Shown piece after piece: positions 17,803-27,775 of a stretch of 64,000 nucleotides of DNA (position 1 is its first letter; each line of letters begins with the position of its first letter). The DNA comes from Planctomycetota bacterium (GTDB lineage Bacteria > Planctomycetota > UBA1135 > UBA2386). The position numbers and the translations under genes were made by a program. Where the stretch lies: contig OZ245006.1 of NCBI GenBank assembly GCA_965223545.1, positions 3,968,001 to 4,032,000 of the forward strand. Direction: 5' to 3'. The notes under the pieces are model-generated. The model was given only the letters and a program-made list of their open reading frames with translations. It searched no databases and had not been told where the DNA came from.

Positions 17803-19097
17803 TCCAGACGCGCGTGCAGCGCGCGCAGGCCGTCGACGAGCCGCTCCTGGGGGACGAACAGCTGCAGAGCCATGCCGGTGGCGCTGGTGGCGACGCCCCG
17901 CAGGCCGACGCCTGCCGATCGCAGCGTGCCGGTGGCCCATGCCGCGACCTGCGCATCGCGGCCGGCCGCGGCGCCGACCAGCCCGATCGTCGCGTCCTCT
18001 TCGACGGAAACGGTCTCCGCGACCTCCGCCAACTCCGCCAGGACCCCGTCGCCCAGCTCGGTCGCGGTGCTCAACGCAACCGCACCGAGCGCCAGTGAGA
18101 TGCGATCGACGACCACCCCGTGGCGGTGGGCGAGCGCCAGCAAGCGCCCCAGTGGATCGCCATCGCCGCGGATTCCAGCCAGACGCACCGTCGCGACGTG
18201 CGGCTGATGCGCGATGGCGCAGACGGCGCGCCCGGCCGAACCCGGGGTCGGCGTGAGGGTTGTCCCCGCCGCGGCCGGCCGCAGCGCGTTGCGGACCCGC
18301 AGCGGAATCCCGGCGCGCATCGCGGGCTCGAGCGTCGACGGGTGCAGCACGCGACCACCCCAGCGCGCCAGCTCGACCGCCTCGCCATAGCCGAGCTCGG
18401 CGATGCAGCCGGCGTCGGGGACCAGGCGCGGGTCGGCCGACATCACGCCGTCGACGTGCTTCCAGATCTGGATCTCGTCCACCGACAGCGCCTCGCCGAA
18501 CAGGGCGGCTGAAAAGTCCGAGCCGTTGCGACCCAGCGTCGTGACGTTGCCGGCGTCGTCGGCGCCGATGAAACCGGTGACCACCGGCGTCGACGCCAAG
18601 CCGGCGAAGAACGCGGCGATTCGACCGTCGTCCGCGCGCGGGCGCGCCCGACCAAACGTGCCGTCGGTGCGCAGTCCCGCCTCGCCCGCGTCGACCGCGG
18701 CCGCTGCCACACCGCGCGCCGACAGCGCCGCCGCCACGACCCGTGCCGAACAACGCTCGCCGTAGCTCAGCAGCTGGTCCATCAACCGGGGCGAGAGCCG
18801 GCCGACCATCCCGATCGCCGCCAAGAGCTCGCCCAACTCGCCCAGCAGCGGGTCGAGGAGGTCGGCGGACAGCCCGAGATCCGCCAGCAACTCTCGATGG
18901 CGCTGGCGGATCGCGTCGATGTCCGCGCTGCCCCCAGCCGCCCGGTGGCCGGCCTCGACCAACAAGTCGGTGACGCCAGCGTGGGCCGAGACCACGACCA
19001 CGGGCCGGCGGTCGAGCTCGGCCCGAATCAGATCGAGTACGCCGCGCACGGCCTCGCCGCTGCCGAGCGAGGCACCTCCGAACTTCATTACGATCAC
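17778..19097 (-). CDS. lysC: Aspartate kinase
   Basis: VMKFGGAS, VVVSA..GVTD.L, LSYGER.S, VTGFIG, TTLGRNGSDFSA, VDGVMSADPR, VLHP; ACT-like C-terminus. Confidence 0.93.
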   Translation of the reverse strand: MIVMKFGGASLGSGEAVRGVLDLIRAELDRRPVVVVSAHAGVTDLLVEAGHRAAGGSADIDAIRQRHRELLADLGLSADLLDPLLGELGELLAAIGMVGRLSPRLMDQLLSYGERCSARVVAAALSARGVAAAAVDAGEAGLRTDGTFGRARPRADDGRIAAFFAGLASTPVVTGFIGADDAGNVTTLGRNGSDFSAALFGEALSVDEIQIWKHVDGVMSADPRLVPDAGCIAELGYGEAVELARWGGRVLHPSTLEPAMRAGIPLRVRNALRPAAAGTTLTPTPGSAGRAVCAIAHQPHVATVRLAGIRGDGDPLGRLLALAHRHGVVVDRISLALGAVALSTATELGDGVLAELAEVAETVSVEEDATIGLVGAAAGRDAQVAAWATGTLRSAGVGLRGVATSATGMALQLFVPQERLVDGLRALHARLDQLASRSR

Positions 19098-19162
19098 GCG
19101 TCCAAGTCCTATTCGTCCGCTGCCCGGCGGGTCGCGCGCACCACGCGGCTATGATTCGCAGC

Positions 19163-20386
19163 ATGGAGCCTATCGAGGAACTGATCTACGACTGGAACCG
19201 CCCGGACGGCGGTGCGCCAGAGATCTCCGGCATCGAGTTCGACGACGAAACCCTCCGCGACGGTCTCCAGTCGCCCTCGGTCTCCGATCCGTCGATCGAG
19301 CAGAAGCTCGAGCTCTTGCACCTGATGGACGCGCTCGGCATCCAGACCGCCGACGTCGGTCTGCCCGGCGCGGGCGGGCGACCGCGAGAGGACATCCTCC
19401 GCATGACTCGGGAGATCGCCGATGCCAAGCTCCGCATCCGGCCCAACGTCGCTTGCCGGACGGTGGTCAGCGATATCGAGCCCGTGGTCGAGATCACGCA
19501 GCAGACCGGCATCCCGGTCGAGGTTTGCGCGTTCATCGGCAGCAGCAGCATCCGGCAGTATGCCGAGGACTGGACGTTGGAGCGGATGCTCCAGCACACG
19601 CGCGAGGCACTGCGCTTCTGCCGCGACCACGATCTGCCGGTGATGTACGTCACCGAAGACACCACCCGCGCCCACCCCGACACCCTGCGCGCGCTGTATT
19701 CGGAGGCCCTCGAGCTGGGTGCCCGGCGCCTCTGCGTCTGCGACACGGTCGGCCACTCGACGCCGCGTGGAGCGCGGGCTGTGGTCGGCTTCGTCAAGGA
19801 GCTCGCCGCGCAGCACGACCCGACGGTGAAGATCGACTGGCACGGGCACCGCGACCGGGACCTCGGCATCGCCAACTGCCTGGCCGCCGTCGAAGCCGGC
19901 GCGCAGCGCATCCACGCCACGGCGCTGGGCATCGGCGAACGCGCCGGCAACGCGCCCATGGACCTGTTGCTGGTCAACTGCCGGCTGCTGGGCTGGATCG
20001 ACAACGACCTGAGCAAGCTGCCCGAGTACGTCCGGGCGGCAGCGGACGCGGTCGGAGTGAGCATCCCGCACAACTATCCGGTCGTGGGCGACGACGCCTT
20101 CGAGACCGGCACCGGGGTGCATGCGGCAGCGGTGATCAAGGCCTTCCGCAAAGGCGACGCGGCGCTCGCCGATGCGGTCTACAGCGGTGTGCCGGCGCAT
20201 CTCGTCGGCCTCGAGCAGAACATCCGCATCGGCCCGATGAGCGGTCGCTCCAACGTCGTCTGGGTGCTGGAGAAGCTCGGCCTCGAAGTCACCGACGCCC
20301 GGGTGGAGCGCGTGCTCGCCGCCGGCAAGCAGAGCAAGCGACTGCTGCGAGACGACGACGTGCGGCGCGTCGCGATCGCGGACTGA
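19163..20386 (+). CDS. 2-isopropylmalate synthase family (DRE-TIM) protein, short form without regulatory domain
   Basis: DETLRDGLQ, EDTTRA, CDTVG, HGHRD..LG.AN, GIGERAGN, GVHA; alternative ATG at 19151. Confidence 0.85.
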   Translation: MEPIEELIYDWNRPDGGAPEISGIEFDDETLRDGLQSPSVSDPSIEQKLELLHLMDALGIQTADVGLPGAGGRPREDILRMTREIADAKLRIRPNVACRTVVSDIEPVVEITQQTGIPVEVCAFIGSSSIRQYAEDWTLERMLQHTREALRFCRDHDLPVMYVTEDTTRAHPDTLRALYSEALELGARRLCVCDTVGHSTPRGARAVVGFVKELAAQHDPTVKIDWHGHRDRDLGIANCLAAVEAGAQRIHATALGIGERAGNAPMDLLLVNCRLLGWIDNDLSKLPEYVRAAADAVGVSIPHNYPVVGDDAFETGTGVHAAAVIKAFRKGDAALADAVYSGVPAHLVGLEQNIRIGPMSGRSNVVWVLEKLGLEVTDARVERVLAAGKQSKRLLRDDDVRRVAIAD

Positions 20387-20582
20387 AAACCGCGCCCGGC
20401 ACCCGGCCACCGCTGCTGGAGTGGTGGACGCGATGCCATCGCGGGCTCGGGGGGCTCCCTCCGGCCGGGGCACCCAGTGCGTCCGCGCGGTCACCCCCCA
20501 GCCGTGACGCTGTGGTCAAGCTGCGCCCGGACGACGGCCGATAGGCCTGCCCAGGACCGCCCGTGCGGAAGAGGAACCCAGG

Positions 20583-20942
20583 ATGACCGAACCGATCGAC
20601 ATGGCCGTCGTCGAAGAGCTGCTCTCGCTGTCGGACGAAGGCGATCCGGAGCTGCTCGTGGACTTGATCCAGATGTACTTGCAGGACGGCCCCAACAAGC
20701 TGCGCGAGATCGTCGAGGGCCTCGAGACCCAGGACTACGATCGGGTGGAGCGCGCGGCGCACTCGCTGAAGGGGGCCGCCGGCAACCTCGGGGCGATCCA
20801 CGTGCAGGAGGACTGCGAGGTCCTGCAGAACGCCAGCCGCGATCACCAGCTGCAGACCGTGCAGCAGGGCGTCGCCAGTCTCCGCGGCCACTTCCAAGAG
20901 GCCGAGACCGCGCTACAGCAGCTGCTCAACAAGTACCGCTGA
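20583..20942 (+). CDS. Stand-alone Hpt (histidine phosphotransfer) protein
   Basis: AAHSLKGAAGNLGA motif, 119 aa, all-helical. Confidence 0.93.
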   Translation: MTEPIDMAVVEELLSLSDEGDPELLVDLIQMYLQDGPNKLREIVEGLETQDYDRVERAAHSLKGAAGNLGAIHVQEDCEVLQNASRDHQLQTVQQGVASLRGHFQEAETALQQLLNKYR

Positions 20943-20946
20943 CCAA

Positions 20947-21174
20947 CTATGACGCGGTCGCGTCACCCGCCACGGCATCGTCGGCGGTGACGTAGTCCGC
21001 GGGCTTGCCGCGGTACTGACAGCGGTGGCACTTGTGGTAGAACTCGCGCTGCCGCTTCAGGCAGAGGCTCACGCCGATGGTGTGCGCAATCAGCGGCCGC
21101 ACGTCGCCCGGCTGGGTCGGGCACTGACGAACGCGAACCCCCGTGGGGCGCGCCGTCTCGCTGGAATCGGTCAT
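20947..21174 (-). CDS. Small Cys/His-rich hypothetical protein (possible metal-binding)
   Basis: 75 aa, C-P...C...YHKCHRC; GC3-rich codon usage; fits the gap between neighbours. Confidence 0.55.
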   Translation of the reverse strand: MTDSSETARPTGVRVRQCPTQPGDVRPLIAHTIGVSLCLKRQREFYHKCHRCQYRGKPADYVTADDAVAGDATAS

Positions 21175-21235
21175 TGCGTTTGCACCGGGTGATGCCCGCG
21201 ATCGGCGCGCGACGATAGTCGCTGGCGCCCGCGGA

Positions 21236-22057
21236 TCAACGACCCGCGGCTTCCCAAGTCTCCCTACAGAGCGCCAGCATCGCAGGGGCGCAGTGACTGG
21301 ATCGAGACAGCTCGAAGCACACGGCGCCGGTGTAATCGGCGGCTTCGAGCGCGGCGCGCACCGCGCCGAAGTCGACATCCCCCTCTCCCGGCGGCAGGTG
21401 CTCGTGTACGCCAAAGCGCATATCTTCGAGATGGATCTGCGCCAGCCAGGGCGCGTGTGCGGGGATGGCGATCTCCGGAGCGGCCTCGCCGGTCACCAGG
21501 AGATGGCCGACGTCGAGGCAGAGCCGCGGCGCCGTCTCCGCCAGCGCGGCGCGCACCTCGCCCCATTGGGCCACCGTCTCGACCGCCATTCCGGGCTCGG
21601 GCTCCAACGCCGGGGTGAGGCCCACGTCGCGGACGAGCGCGCAAGTGCGCTCGATCCCCTCCATCAGCCACTGTCGTGCGGCGGCGTCGGGGCCGGGCGT
21701 TCCACCGGCCCAAAACGACAACACCGGCGCGCCCAGATCGCGACCGATCGCGGCACAGCGGCGGTAGAACTCCAGCCGTCGCTCCCGCCCCTGCGGGTCC
21801 CGCGTCATCAGGTTGGGTTCGTGCTTGGCCGTCGGGCTCAGCAGGAACCGCCCGCCGGTCTCGATCACGATCTGCAGCGACAGACGAGAGGCCAGTGCCG
21901 CGATCGCGTCGACCTCCGCCGAGGTCGCGCGCAGCGGGTCGAGGTGGGCGATGTCGGGGGTCAGCGCGACCGCCTGGTAGCCGTGGTCCGCCAGCAATCG
22001 CAGCCCGTCGTCGAGCCGGTGGCTCTGCAGGCCGTTGGTGTTGTAGCCGAGGAGCAT
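21236..22057 (-). CDS. Sugar phosphate isomerase/epimerase (xylose-isomerase-like TIM barrel)
   Basis: LGYNTNG...HRL, IETGGRFLL, ALEPEPG, LDVGH, QIHLEDM...HEHL..GEG.VDF, ELSRSSH. Confidence 0.88.
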   Translation of the reverse strand: MLLGYNTNGLQSHRLDDGLRLLADHGYQAVALTPDIAHLDPLRATSAEVDAIAALASRLSLQIVIETGGRFLLSPTAKHEPNLMTRDPQGRERRLEFYRRCAAIGRDLGAPVLSFWAGGTPGPDAAARQWLMEGIERTCALVRDVGLTPALEPEPGMAVETVAQWGEVRAALAETAPRLCLDVGHLLVTGEAAPEIAIPAHAPWLAQIHLEDMRFGVHEHLPPGEGDVDFGAVRAALEAADYTGAVCFELSRSSHCAPAMLALCRETWEAAGR

Positions 22058-22086
22058 GGCCTTGGGGCGGCGAAGCGTGGACTCGC

Positions 22087-22647
22087 CTACCGGGTTTGGC
22101 GCATCGGCTTGAACTTGCGCACCCGACTCCGCAACGGATCCCAGCGGTCGAGCCGCTTCTGTAGCGCGAGGTACTCCGGCGGCATCGCCCAGCCCTCGAG
22201 GTCGGCCTCCTCCAACCACTCGGTCTGCGCCGCGATGCGCGCGTAGATTCCTTCCAGCGCGTCCCACGCCGCCGACAAGGCCTGGGAGTAGTCTGCGGTG
22301 CGGCCGGCGACGCGGGCGTCTTGCGCCTCGTTCCAGTGACCGACCACGTCGTCGAACCGCTCATCGAGCTCGAGGAACGCAGCCGCCTCGATCGCCGGCG
22401 CGGGCCGGTCGGGGGGGCGGCCGGTGCGGCCGACCCCCGGCACCGCCGTCTCCACGTCGCGCTCCACGCGCTCGCCGGCGGCCCGTGCGGCACCGCCCAT
22501 GGCGAACACGATCGCCAGCACGGCCACACCGAAGACCAGACCGGCGATCAGCATCGGCGGGGGCGCGCTGTGGGCGGCCGCCCGACGCGCCCGGGCTGCG
22601 CGCGTCTGCCGCGGGGAACGAACACGGGTGTGACGGGTGGCTGCCAT
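22087..22647 (-). CDS. Hypothetical single-pass membrane protein
   Basis: Basic N-terminus, TM helix (LIAGLVFGVAVLAIVFAM), helical C-terminal domain; co-oriented in the fmt-rsmB operon. Confidence 0.65.
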   Translation of the reverse strand: MAATRHTRVRSPRQTRAARARRAAAHSAPPPMLIAGLVFGVAVLAIVFAMGGAARAAGERVERDVETAVPGVGRTGRPPDRPAPAIEAAAFLELDERFDDVVGHWNEAQDARVAGRTADYSQALSAAWDALEGIYARIAAQTEWLEEADLEGWAMPPEYLALQKRLDRWDPLRSRVRKFKPMRQTR

Positions 22648-22711
22648 CGGTCGGCGGCGCACTACACTAGTTTTTGCCCGCCGGCGTGTCGATCACCGCC
22701 GCTCCCCGGCG

Positions 22712-24022
22712 CTAGCCAGGTGCCCGGAGAACCGCGTAGTAGCCGCCGTCCGCCCGGCTGTCGGGGAGGGTGAGGCACTCGGCGACGAGCTCGAACCCCC
22801 GCGCCAGCGCGCGTTCGACGACCTGGCGATTCTCCTCGGGCTCGAGGCTGCACGTCGAATAGACCAGGGTGCCGCCGGGGACGACCAATCGCGTGGCGTC
22901 GCTCAGCAAGCCGTGCTGCACGAGCGCGAGGGCGTCGATCGACGCGGCGCCCAGCCGGCGCCTCACCTCCACCCGGCGGGCCAGCACCCCCGTGTTGGAG
23001 CACGGCGCGTCGACGAGCACGCGCTCGCATGGCGGCAGCGACTCGGGCCGCTCGTGCACCTGGACGATCGCGGTGACGCCCAGGCGCTGGGCGGCTGCGA
23101 GAATCGGCCTGCGCCGCGCGGCGCTCTTGTCGTAGGCGTGCACGACACCGGTCTCGCCGACCGCGTCGGCGAGCACCATCGTCTTGGTCCCCGGACCCGC
23201 GCACAGATCGAGCACGCGATCCCCCGGCCCCGCGCGCACGGCTTCGGCCGCGCGCAGAGCGGTCCGGTCCTGCGCCAGGCACTGGCCGCGTGCAAAGGTC
23301 TGCGTCGCGAATGGCGAACGGCCGCCACACCAATGCACGACGCGCGGGTGGTCGTCGGTCTCGACCTGCACGCCTTCGCTCATCAGCGCGGCCGCCAGTC
23401 GGCCGGCGTCGCGGCCAACGCCGCTGGTTGCGCACAGCGACACGCGCGGGCGGCGGGCGCTGGCCGCCGCGATCCGCTGCGCCGCCGCGACTCCGTGCGC
23501 CTCGGCCCAGCGGCCGACGATCTCCACCGGCAGCGCATGGCGCGTCGCGGCAAACTCCACCGGCTCGCTGCCCGGATCGGGCAACCGCACGCGGTCGAGC
23601 CGCAGCACGCGATCGCCGGGCAGCGACACCTGCTCGCGGGGCCGCGCCGGATCCGCCGGCCGCGGCTCGATCCGCGCCGCCAACGCGCGCAGCGCCGCGT
23701 TGACGAAACCGCGGGAGTGGCGCACCAGATCGACTGCGGTGTGCACCGCGGCGTGCGGCGGAATGCGCTCGAGCTCCAGCAGCTGGTAGGCACCGACGCG
23801 CAGCGCGGTCTTCGCGTTGGCGTCGCGCGGCAAGCGCTCACAGGCGCACGACAGCAGCACGAAATCGAGCCAGCCGCGCTGGCGTTCCACCCCCCGCGAC
23901 AGCTCGAGCGCCAGGTCGCGGTCGCGCTCGGGAAGCTCGGCCGGCGGCGGCGCCAACCGCCGCTGATCGCCCTTCTCGACCGCGAGCAAGCTGCGCCAGG
24001 CGGCGCGCCGGGCGGCGCTCAC
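22712..24022 (-). CDS. rsmB: 16S rRNA m5C methyltransferase RsmB/Sun (NusB-like N-domain)
   Basis: LRVGAYQL, GFVNA.LR, QD, VLDLCAGPGTKT, VLVDAPCSNTG, YSTCSLEPEEN; downstream of fmt. Confidence 0.9.
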   Translation of the reverse strand: MSAARRAAWRSLLAVEKGDQRRLAPPPAELPERDRDLALELSRGVERQRGWLDFVLLSCACERLPRDANAKTALRVGAYQLLELERIPPHAAVHTAVDLVRHSRGFVNAALRALAARIEPRPADPARPREQVSLPGDRVLRLDRVRLPDPGSEPVEFAATRHALPVEIVGRWAEAHGVAAAQRIAAASARRPRVSLCATSGVGRDAGRLAAALMSEGVQVETDDHPRVVHWCGGRSPFATQTFARGQCLAQDRTALRAAEAVRAGPGDRVLDLCAGPGTKTMVLADAVGETGVVHAYDKSAARRRPILAAAQRLGVTAIVQVHERPESLPPCERVLVDAPCSNTGVLARRVEVRRRLGAASIDALALVQHGLLSDATRLVVPGGTLVYSTCSLEPEENRQVVERALARGFELVAECLTLPDSRADGGYYAVLRAPG

Positions 24023-24951
24023 CCGAATCGGGCTTCCGGCGGCACCGGGTGCCCCCGCACCCACTCACCGGCGGTCATGTTGCGGCCGTTGTCGGGCTTG
24101 ATCCGCGTGATGCGGAACAGATCCTTGCCGGTGCACACGCGGATGCCCTCCTCACCCGCGGTTTGGATCAGGCCGGCGACGCCGGCGCCGTAGAGATCCT
24201 GCTCGACCTCGCCTTCCATGACGATGAAGCGCTTGGCATTCAAGCGCGTCTGCGCGCCCGGCTTCGGCGTCATCGCACGCACCAGGAGATCGATCTCGAC
24301 GGCCGGACGGTTCCAGTCGATCACGCCGTCGGGCTTCTCGATCGATTTCGCCCAGCTCGCCTTGGAGTCGTCTTGCGGCGCGAACTCGTGGCTGCCGGCG
24401 CCGATCTTCTCCAGGGCCTCGAGCAGGGTCTTGCCGGCCATCTCCGCCAGCCGCGCCCGCAGCTCGCCGGCGGTCTCGCGATCGCCGATCGCGGTCTTCC
24501 TCTGCATCATCACCGGCCCCGCATCGAGCTTCTCGGCGATCTGCATGATCGAGATGCCGGTCTCGGTGTGGCCGTCCTTGATCGCGTGCTGGATCGGGGC
24601 TGCGCCGCGATACAGCGGCAGCAGGGACGCGTGCGCATTGATGCAGCCCTGGCTCGGGGCTTTGAACAGGGCTTTCGACATGATCACGCCGTAGCTGACC
24701 ACGATGCCGAGGTCGAACCCCTCGCCTGCGAGCTTCTTCACGAAGTCGGGGTCGTTGGCATCCTCGGGCTGCTCGCACGGCAACTCGAGCTCTTCGGCCT
24801 CGAGGCGGACTTCCGCCGGCCAAATCTTGCGCCCACGACCTCGGGGCGCATCGGGCTTGGTGACCACGAGTGCGGGCGCGTGGCCACCTTGGGCCAGCGC
24901 CCGCAACGCGGGCCGCGCAAAATCACTGCTGCCGAAGAAAACGATCTTCAA
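24019..24951 (-). CDS. fmt: Methionyl-tRNA formyltransferase
   Basis: KIVFFGS.DFA, VVTKPD.PRGRG, INAHASLLPLYRGAAPIQ, ETGISIM...LDAG; TTG start. Confidence 0.96.
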   Translation of the reverse strand: MKIVFFGSSDFARPALRALAQGGHAPALVVTKPDAPRGRGRKIWPAEVRLEAEELELPCEQPEDANDPDFVKKLAGEGFDLGIVVSYGVIMSKALFKAPSQGCINAHASLLPLYRGAAPIQHAIKDGHTETGISIMQIAEKLDAGPVMMQRKTAIGDRETAGELRARLAEMAGKTLLEALEKIGAGSHEFAPQDDSKASWAKSIEKPDGVIDWNRPAVEIDLLVRAMTPKPGAQTRLNAKRFIVMEGEVEQDLYGAGVAGLIQTAGEEGIRVCTGKDLFRITRIKPDNGRNMTAGEWVRGHPVPPEARFG

Positions 24952-24982
24952 GGTTCCCGGAGTGCTTCGGTTGCTGGACGGA

Positions 24983-25861
24983 ATGCAACGTAGCGGGCAG
25001 CATCTCGGCCTGCAAACCAGCTTCTGGCGGCACGGGGTTTCCGCCGCGACACACATGCTCGCCACGCTTCCCGACGACCCTTTCGCGCTGACGCCGACGC
25101 CGCCGTTTCGGCCGGCCGGTCGGCGGGCGCTGCGCGTGTGGGGCGCGCCGGTGGATGTCACCTGGCTGCCCGAGCGCGCCGGCCGGCAGGGAGCGCCGAC
25201 TGCCGAACGACCGGTGCTGGCGCCGAGTCCGGCCGCGCGCATCTTGGCGACCGAGGCGGTGTGGACCGCCGGCGGCTGCGCGATCACGCCCAACCCCTAC
25301 CCGATCGCCGAGCGCGAGCTGCTGCTCTGGTCGACCGACCCCGTGCGCGAGCTGCCGCTGCCACTGATCGAGCTCGCGCTGACGCTCGAGGAACGCGTCG
25401 ACGGCGCGCTGACCATCAACAGCGTCGGCGCGGCGGCCTCGATCACGCGGGCGCACGTCCACCTCATGGGCGAGCGCACCGAGTTCTTGCCCGCCCTGCC
25501 CCGGCGCACGGTGCGACCGGACTACCTCGCCGACTGCGCCGGGGTGGAGTCGCTGCAGCTCGACGTGCCCGTGCTGACGCTCGGGCTGCGCGGTCCGGTG
25601 CCGGCGCGCGCGGTCGCCCTGCACCGCGTGCTCGAGCTGCGGCGCTGCGCCGCCTACAACGTCGCCAGCCAGGGCGGCGAGACCTGGCTCTTGCCGCGAT
25701 CCGCGGTGGAGATCACCGCCCCCCACTTCCCGCAGGCCCTCGGCGCGGCCGAGTTCTGGGGCCGCTGGTGTTTCGCCGACCGGGCCGCCTTCGAGCGCGC
25801 GGACGGCGCCTCGCTCGAGCGGGCGCTCGCCCTCGGTGGTGTTCCGGCCGAGGGGGCGTGA
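24983..25861 (+). CDS. HIT-like nucleotidyltransferase/phosphorylase-related protein (DUF4922/GDP-hexose phosphorylase-like)
   Basis: TPNPYPI, NSVGAAASI..AHVH, YNV.....W..PR, GAAEFWG motifs; alternative ATG at 25055. Confidence 0.55.
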   Translation: MQRSGQHLGLQTSFWRHGVSAATHMLATLPDDPFALTPTPPFRPAGRRALRVWGAPVDVTWLPERAGRQGAPTAERPVLAPSPAARILATEAVWTAGGCAITPNPYPIAERELLLWSTDPVRELPLPLIELALTLEERVDGALTINSVGAAASITRAHVHLMGERTEFLPALPRRTVRPDYLADCAGVESLQLDVPVLTLGLRGPVPARAVALHRVLELRRCAAYNVASQGGETWLLPRSAVEITAPHFPQALGAAEFWGRWCFADRAAFERADGASLERALALGGVPAEGA

Positions 25862-25873
25862 GCTTCGCCGAGC

Positions 25874-27652
25874 TCAGCGCAGGACGACCTGGTGCGCGTC
25901 GGTGAACCGGACCCCCGTCGCGTCGACTCCGACCCCCTGCATGAAGACCTCGAGGGCGCCGATGGCCGGCGGGACGGGCAGGGTGATGCTCGCCCCACCG
26001 GTGGGCAGCGCGCTGCCCGACCCGCCGAGCACCGAGACGAACGGCGCGGTCGGATCGATCCACAGGCCCGGGGTAGTCGACAGCGGCAGCGAACCCGCGG
26101 GCAAGGGCTGTAGCAGCAGCAGGTAGGGCGCGCCGGCCAGCGCACCCGCCGGCGACGAGAGCGTGGCGTGGACCAGATCCCCCGCGCTCGCGCCCAAGAC
26201 GAACAAGCCCGGACCGTGCGCCGGCACCCAGTTGATGCCGGTCGCCAACCGTAGATCGGCGCCCGAGCCGGGAAACGGGTTCGTGTCCAGGGCCCAGATC
26301 GCGTCGTTGTCGCTGGTCGGGTGCTGCACGCAGATGTACATCCGGTACGGATCGTTGGGATCGGCGATGAGGCCGCTCGGCTCGGTGCCGGCGACGCCGA
26401 GGCTGGCCAACATGCCGATGGCCTCCGCCACGCCGTCGCGATCGGCGTCGAACACCTTCCACACGTCGCCGGGCTCCTCGTCCTCGACGACATACAGCCC
26501 GCCGAACGCATCCTGCGCCATGTTGTCGGGGTCGTCGAAGTTGGTCTGCGCGTCCGGTCCCGGGTCGCCCAGGGGATCGTTCTGGGTGGGATTGACATCG
26601 GCGCCCGTCGCCAGATTGATGGTGTCGAAGTCGACCAGCACCCGCACGTCGACCGTGGTCGCGTCCAGCAGCTCGATGGTCAAGACGCGGTTCTCGCTGG
26701 TCAGCGCGACGTAGACCGCCTCGTTGCCGTTTGCCAACCGACCGATCTCGATGTCCTCGGGCCGCCCGTAGGGGGTGCCGCCGACCTCGTCGGCCGCATC
26801 GCGCCCGCCGGTGACGGTGACGTAGGCGAACGGATTGGCCACGGTCAGCGGAACGCCCATAGGGTCGGTGAGCGGCACCCAACGGCCGGGCCCGAAGCGG
26901 CTGGCGTTGAGATTGATCGGCGTGGACCAGGGCTCGGCTGCCCTGGTCGAAGTGCTGGCGGCAAACGCGTCGATGCTGAGCGCGAAGCTCTGCCCCACGG
27001 TCAGATCTCCAGGAGTCTGCGGGGTGAACTTGTAGATCGAGCCGGAGTCGTCCTCGTCGACGAAGTACAGACTGCCGGCCGCATCGAACCGCAGGCCCTC
27101 GTGCGCGACCGCCGGGACATTCGACAGCCAGCGCACCCCGTACGGCTCGGCGCCGAACGGGTTCTGCACTTCGAACAGGCGGCCGCCCGTGGTCTCCTCG
27201 CCGGTGAGGATCGAGTTCCACGGCGTCAGCGTCGCCGGATCGAGCTGCTTGTAGTCGCCGACGTTGGGGACGAACAGCTGAGGGTTGCTCTGCCGGTTGC
27301 CCGAGCCATCACCGCGCATCAACACCACGAACGTGGCAGTCTGCATGTCGTAGCGGAACAGCCCCGACCCGGTACCCACCTCGCACGGCACGACCAGGTA
27401 GCGACTGCTCGGGTCGACCGCCAACATGTCCCAAGTGCGGAAGCTGTTCGGCAACCCGGACGGCAACAACGTGGCGCGGTCGGTGATCCACGTCTGCGTC
27501 ACGCCCTGCGGCAACAAGAACGGAGCTGTGTTCTCCAGATGAGTGCGGGGCGGCGTTGTCTGTGGCAGCGGAAACAACTGCCCGGCGGCGGCCGGACAGA
27601 GCACGATGCCAACCAGGACAGCGCGCGCGAGCGATCCTGAGTCTTCGAACAT
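25874..27652 (-). CDS. PhoX-family (DUF839) alkaline phosphatase-like exported protein with extra C-terminal domain
   Basis: LTPW..ILTGEE, AHEG, DEDDSGSIYKF, YGRPEDIE, FDDPDNM, VEDE, EPSG, VQHP; Sec-type signal peptide. Confidence 0.85.
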   Translation of the reverse strand: MFEDSGSLARAVLVGIVLCPAAAGQLFPLPQTTPPRTHLENTAPFLLPQGVTQTWITDRATLLPSGLPNSFRTWDMLAVDPSSRYLVVPCEVGTGSGLFRYDMQTATFVVLMRGDGSGNRQSNPQLFVPNVGDYKQLDPATLTPWNSILTGEETTGGRLFEVQNPFGAEPYGVRWLSNVPAVAHEGLRFDAAGSLYFVDEDDSGSIYKFTPQTPGDLTVGQSFALSIDAFAASTSTRAAEPWSTPINLNASRFGPGRWVPLTDPMGVPLTVANPFAYVTVTGGRDAADEVGGTPYGRPEDIEIGRLANGNEAVYVALTSENRVLTIELLDATTVDVRVLVDFDTINLATGADVNPTQNDPLGDPGPDAQTNFDDPDNMAQDAFGGLYVVEDEEPGDVWKVFDADRDGVAEAIGMLASLGVAGTEPSGLIADPNDPYRMYICVQHPTSDNDAIWALDTNPFPGSGADLRLATGINWVPAHGPGLFVLGASAGDLVHATLSSPAGALAGAPYLLLLQPLPAGSLPLSTTPGLWIDPTAPFVSVLGGSGSALPTGGASITLPVPPAIGALEVFMQGVGVDATGVRFTDAHQVVLR

Positions 27653-27775
27653 CGGGTGGAGAACGGTACCCCGCCCGCAGCGGTGTCGGCCAGCCGCGGG
27701 TCTTCCGCAGCTTGGGTGGCGCCCCATTCTGAAAAACCCTGATCCGCTTCTCGGGGACGGACGTCCGCGCGCGCT

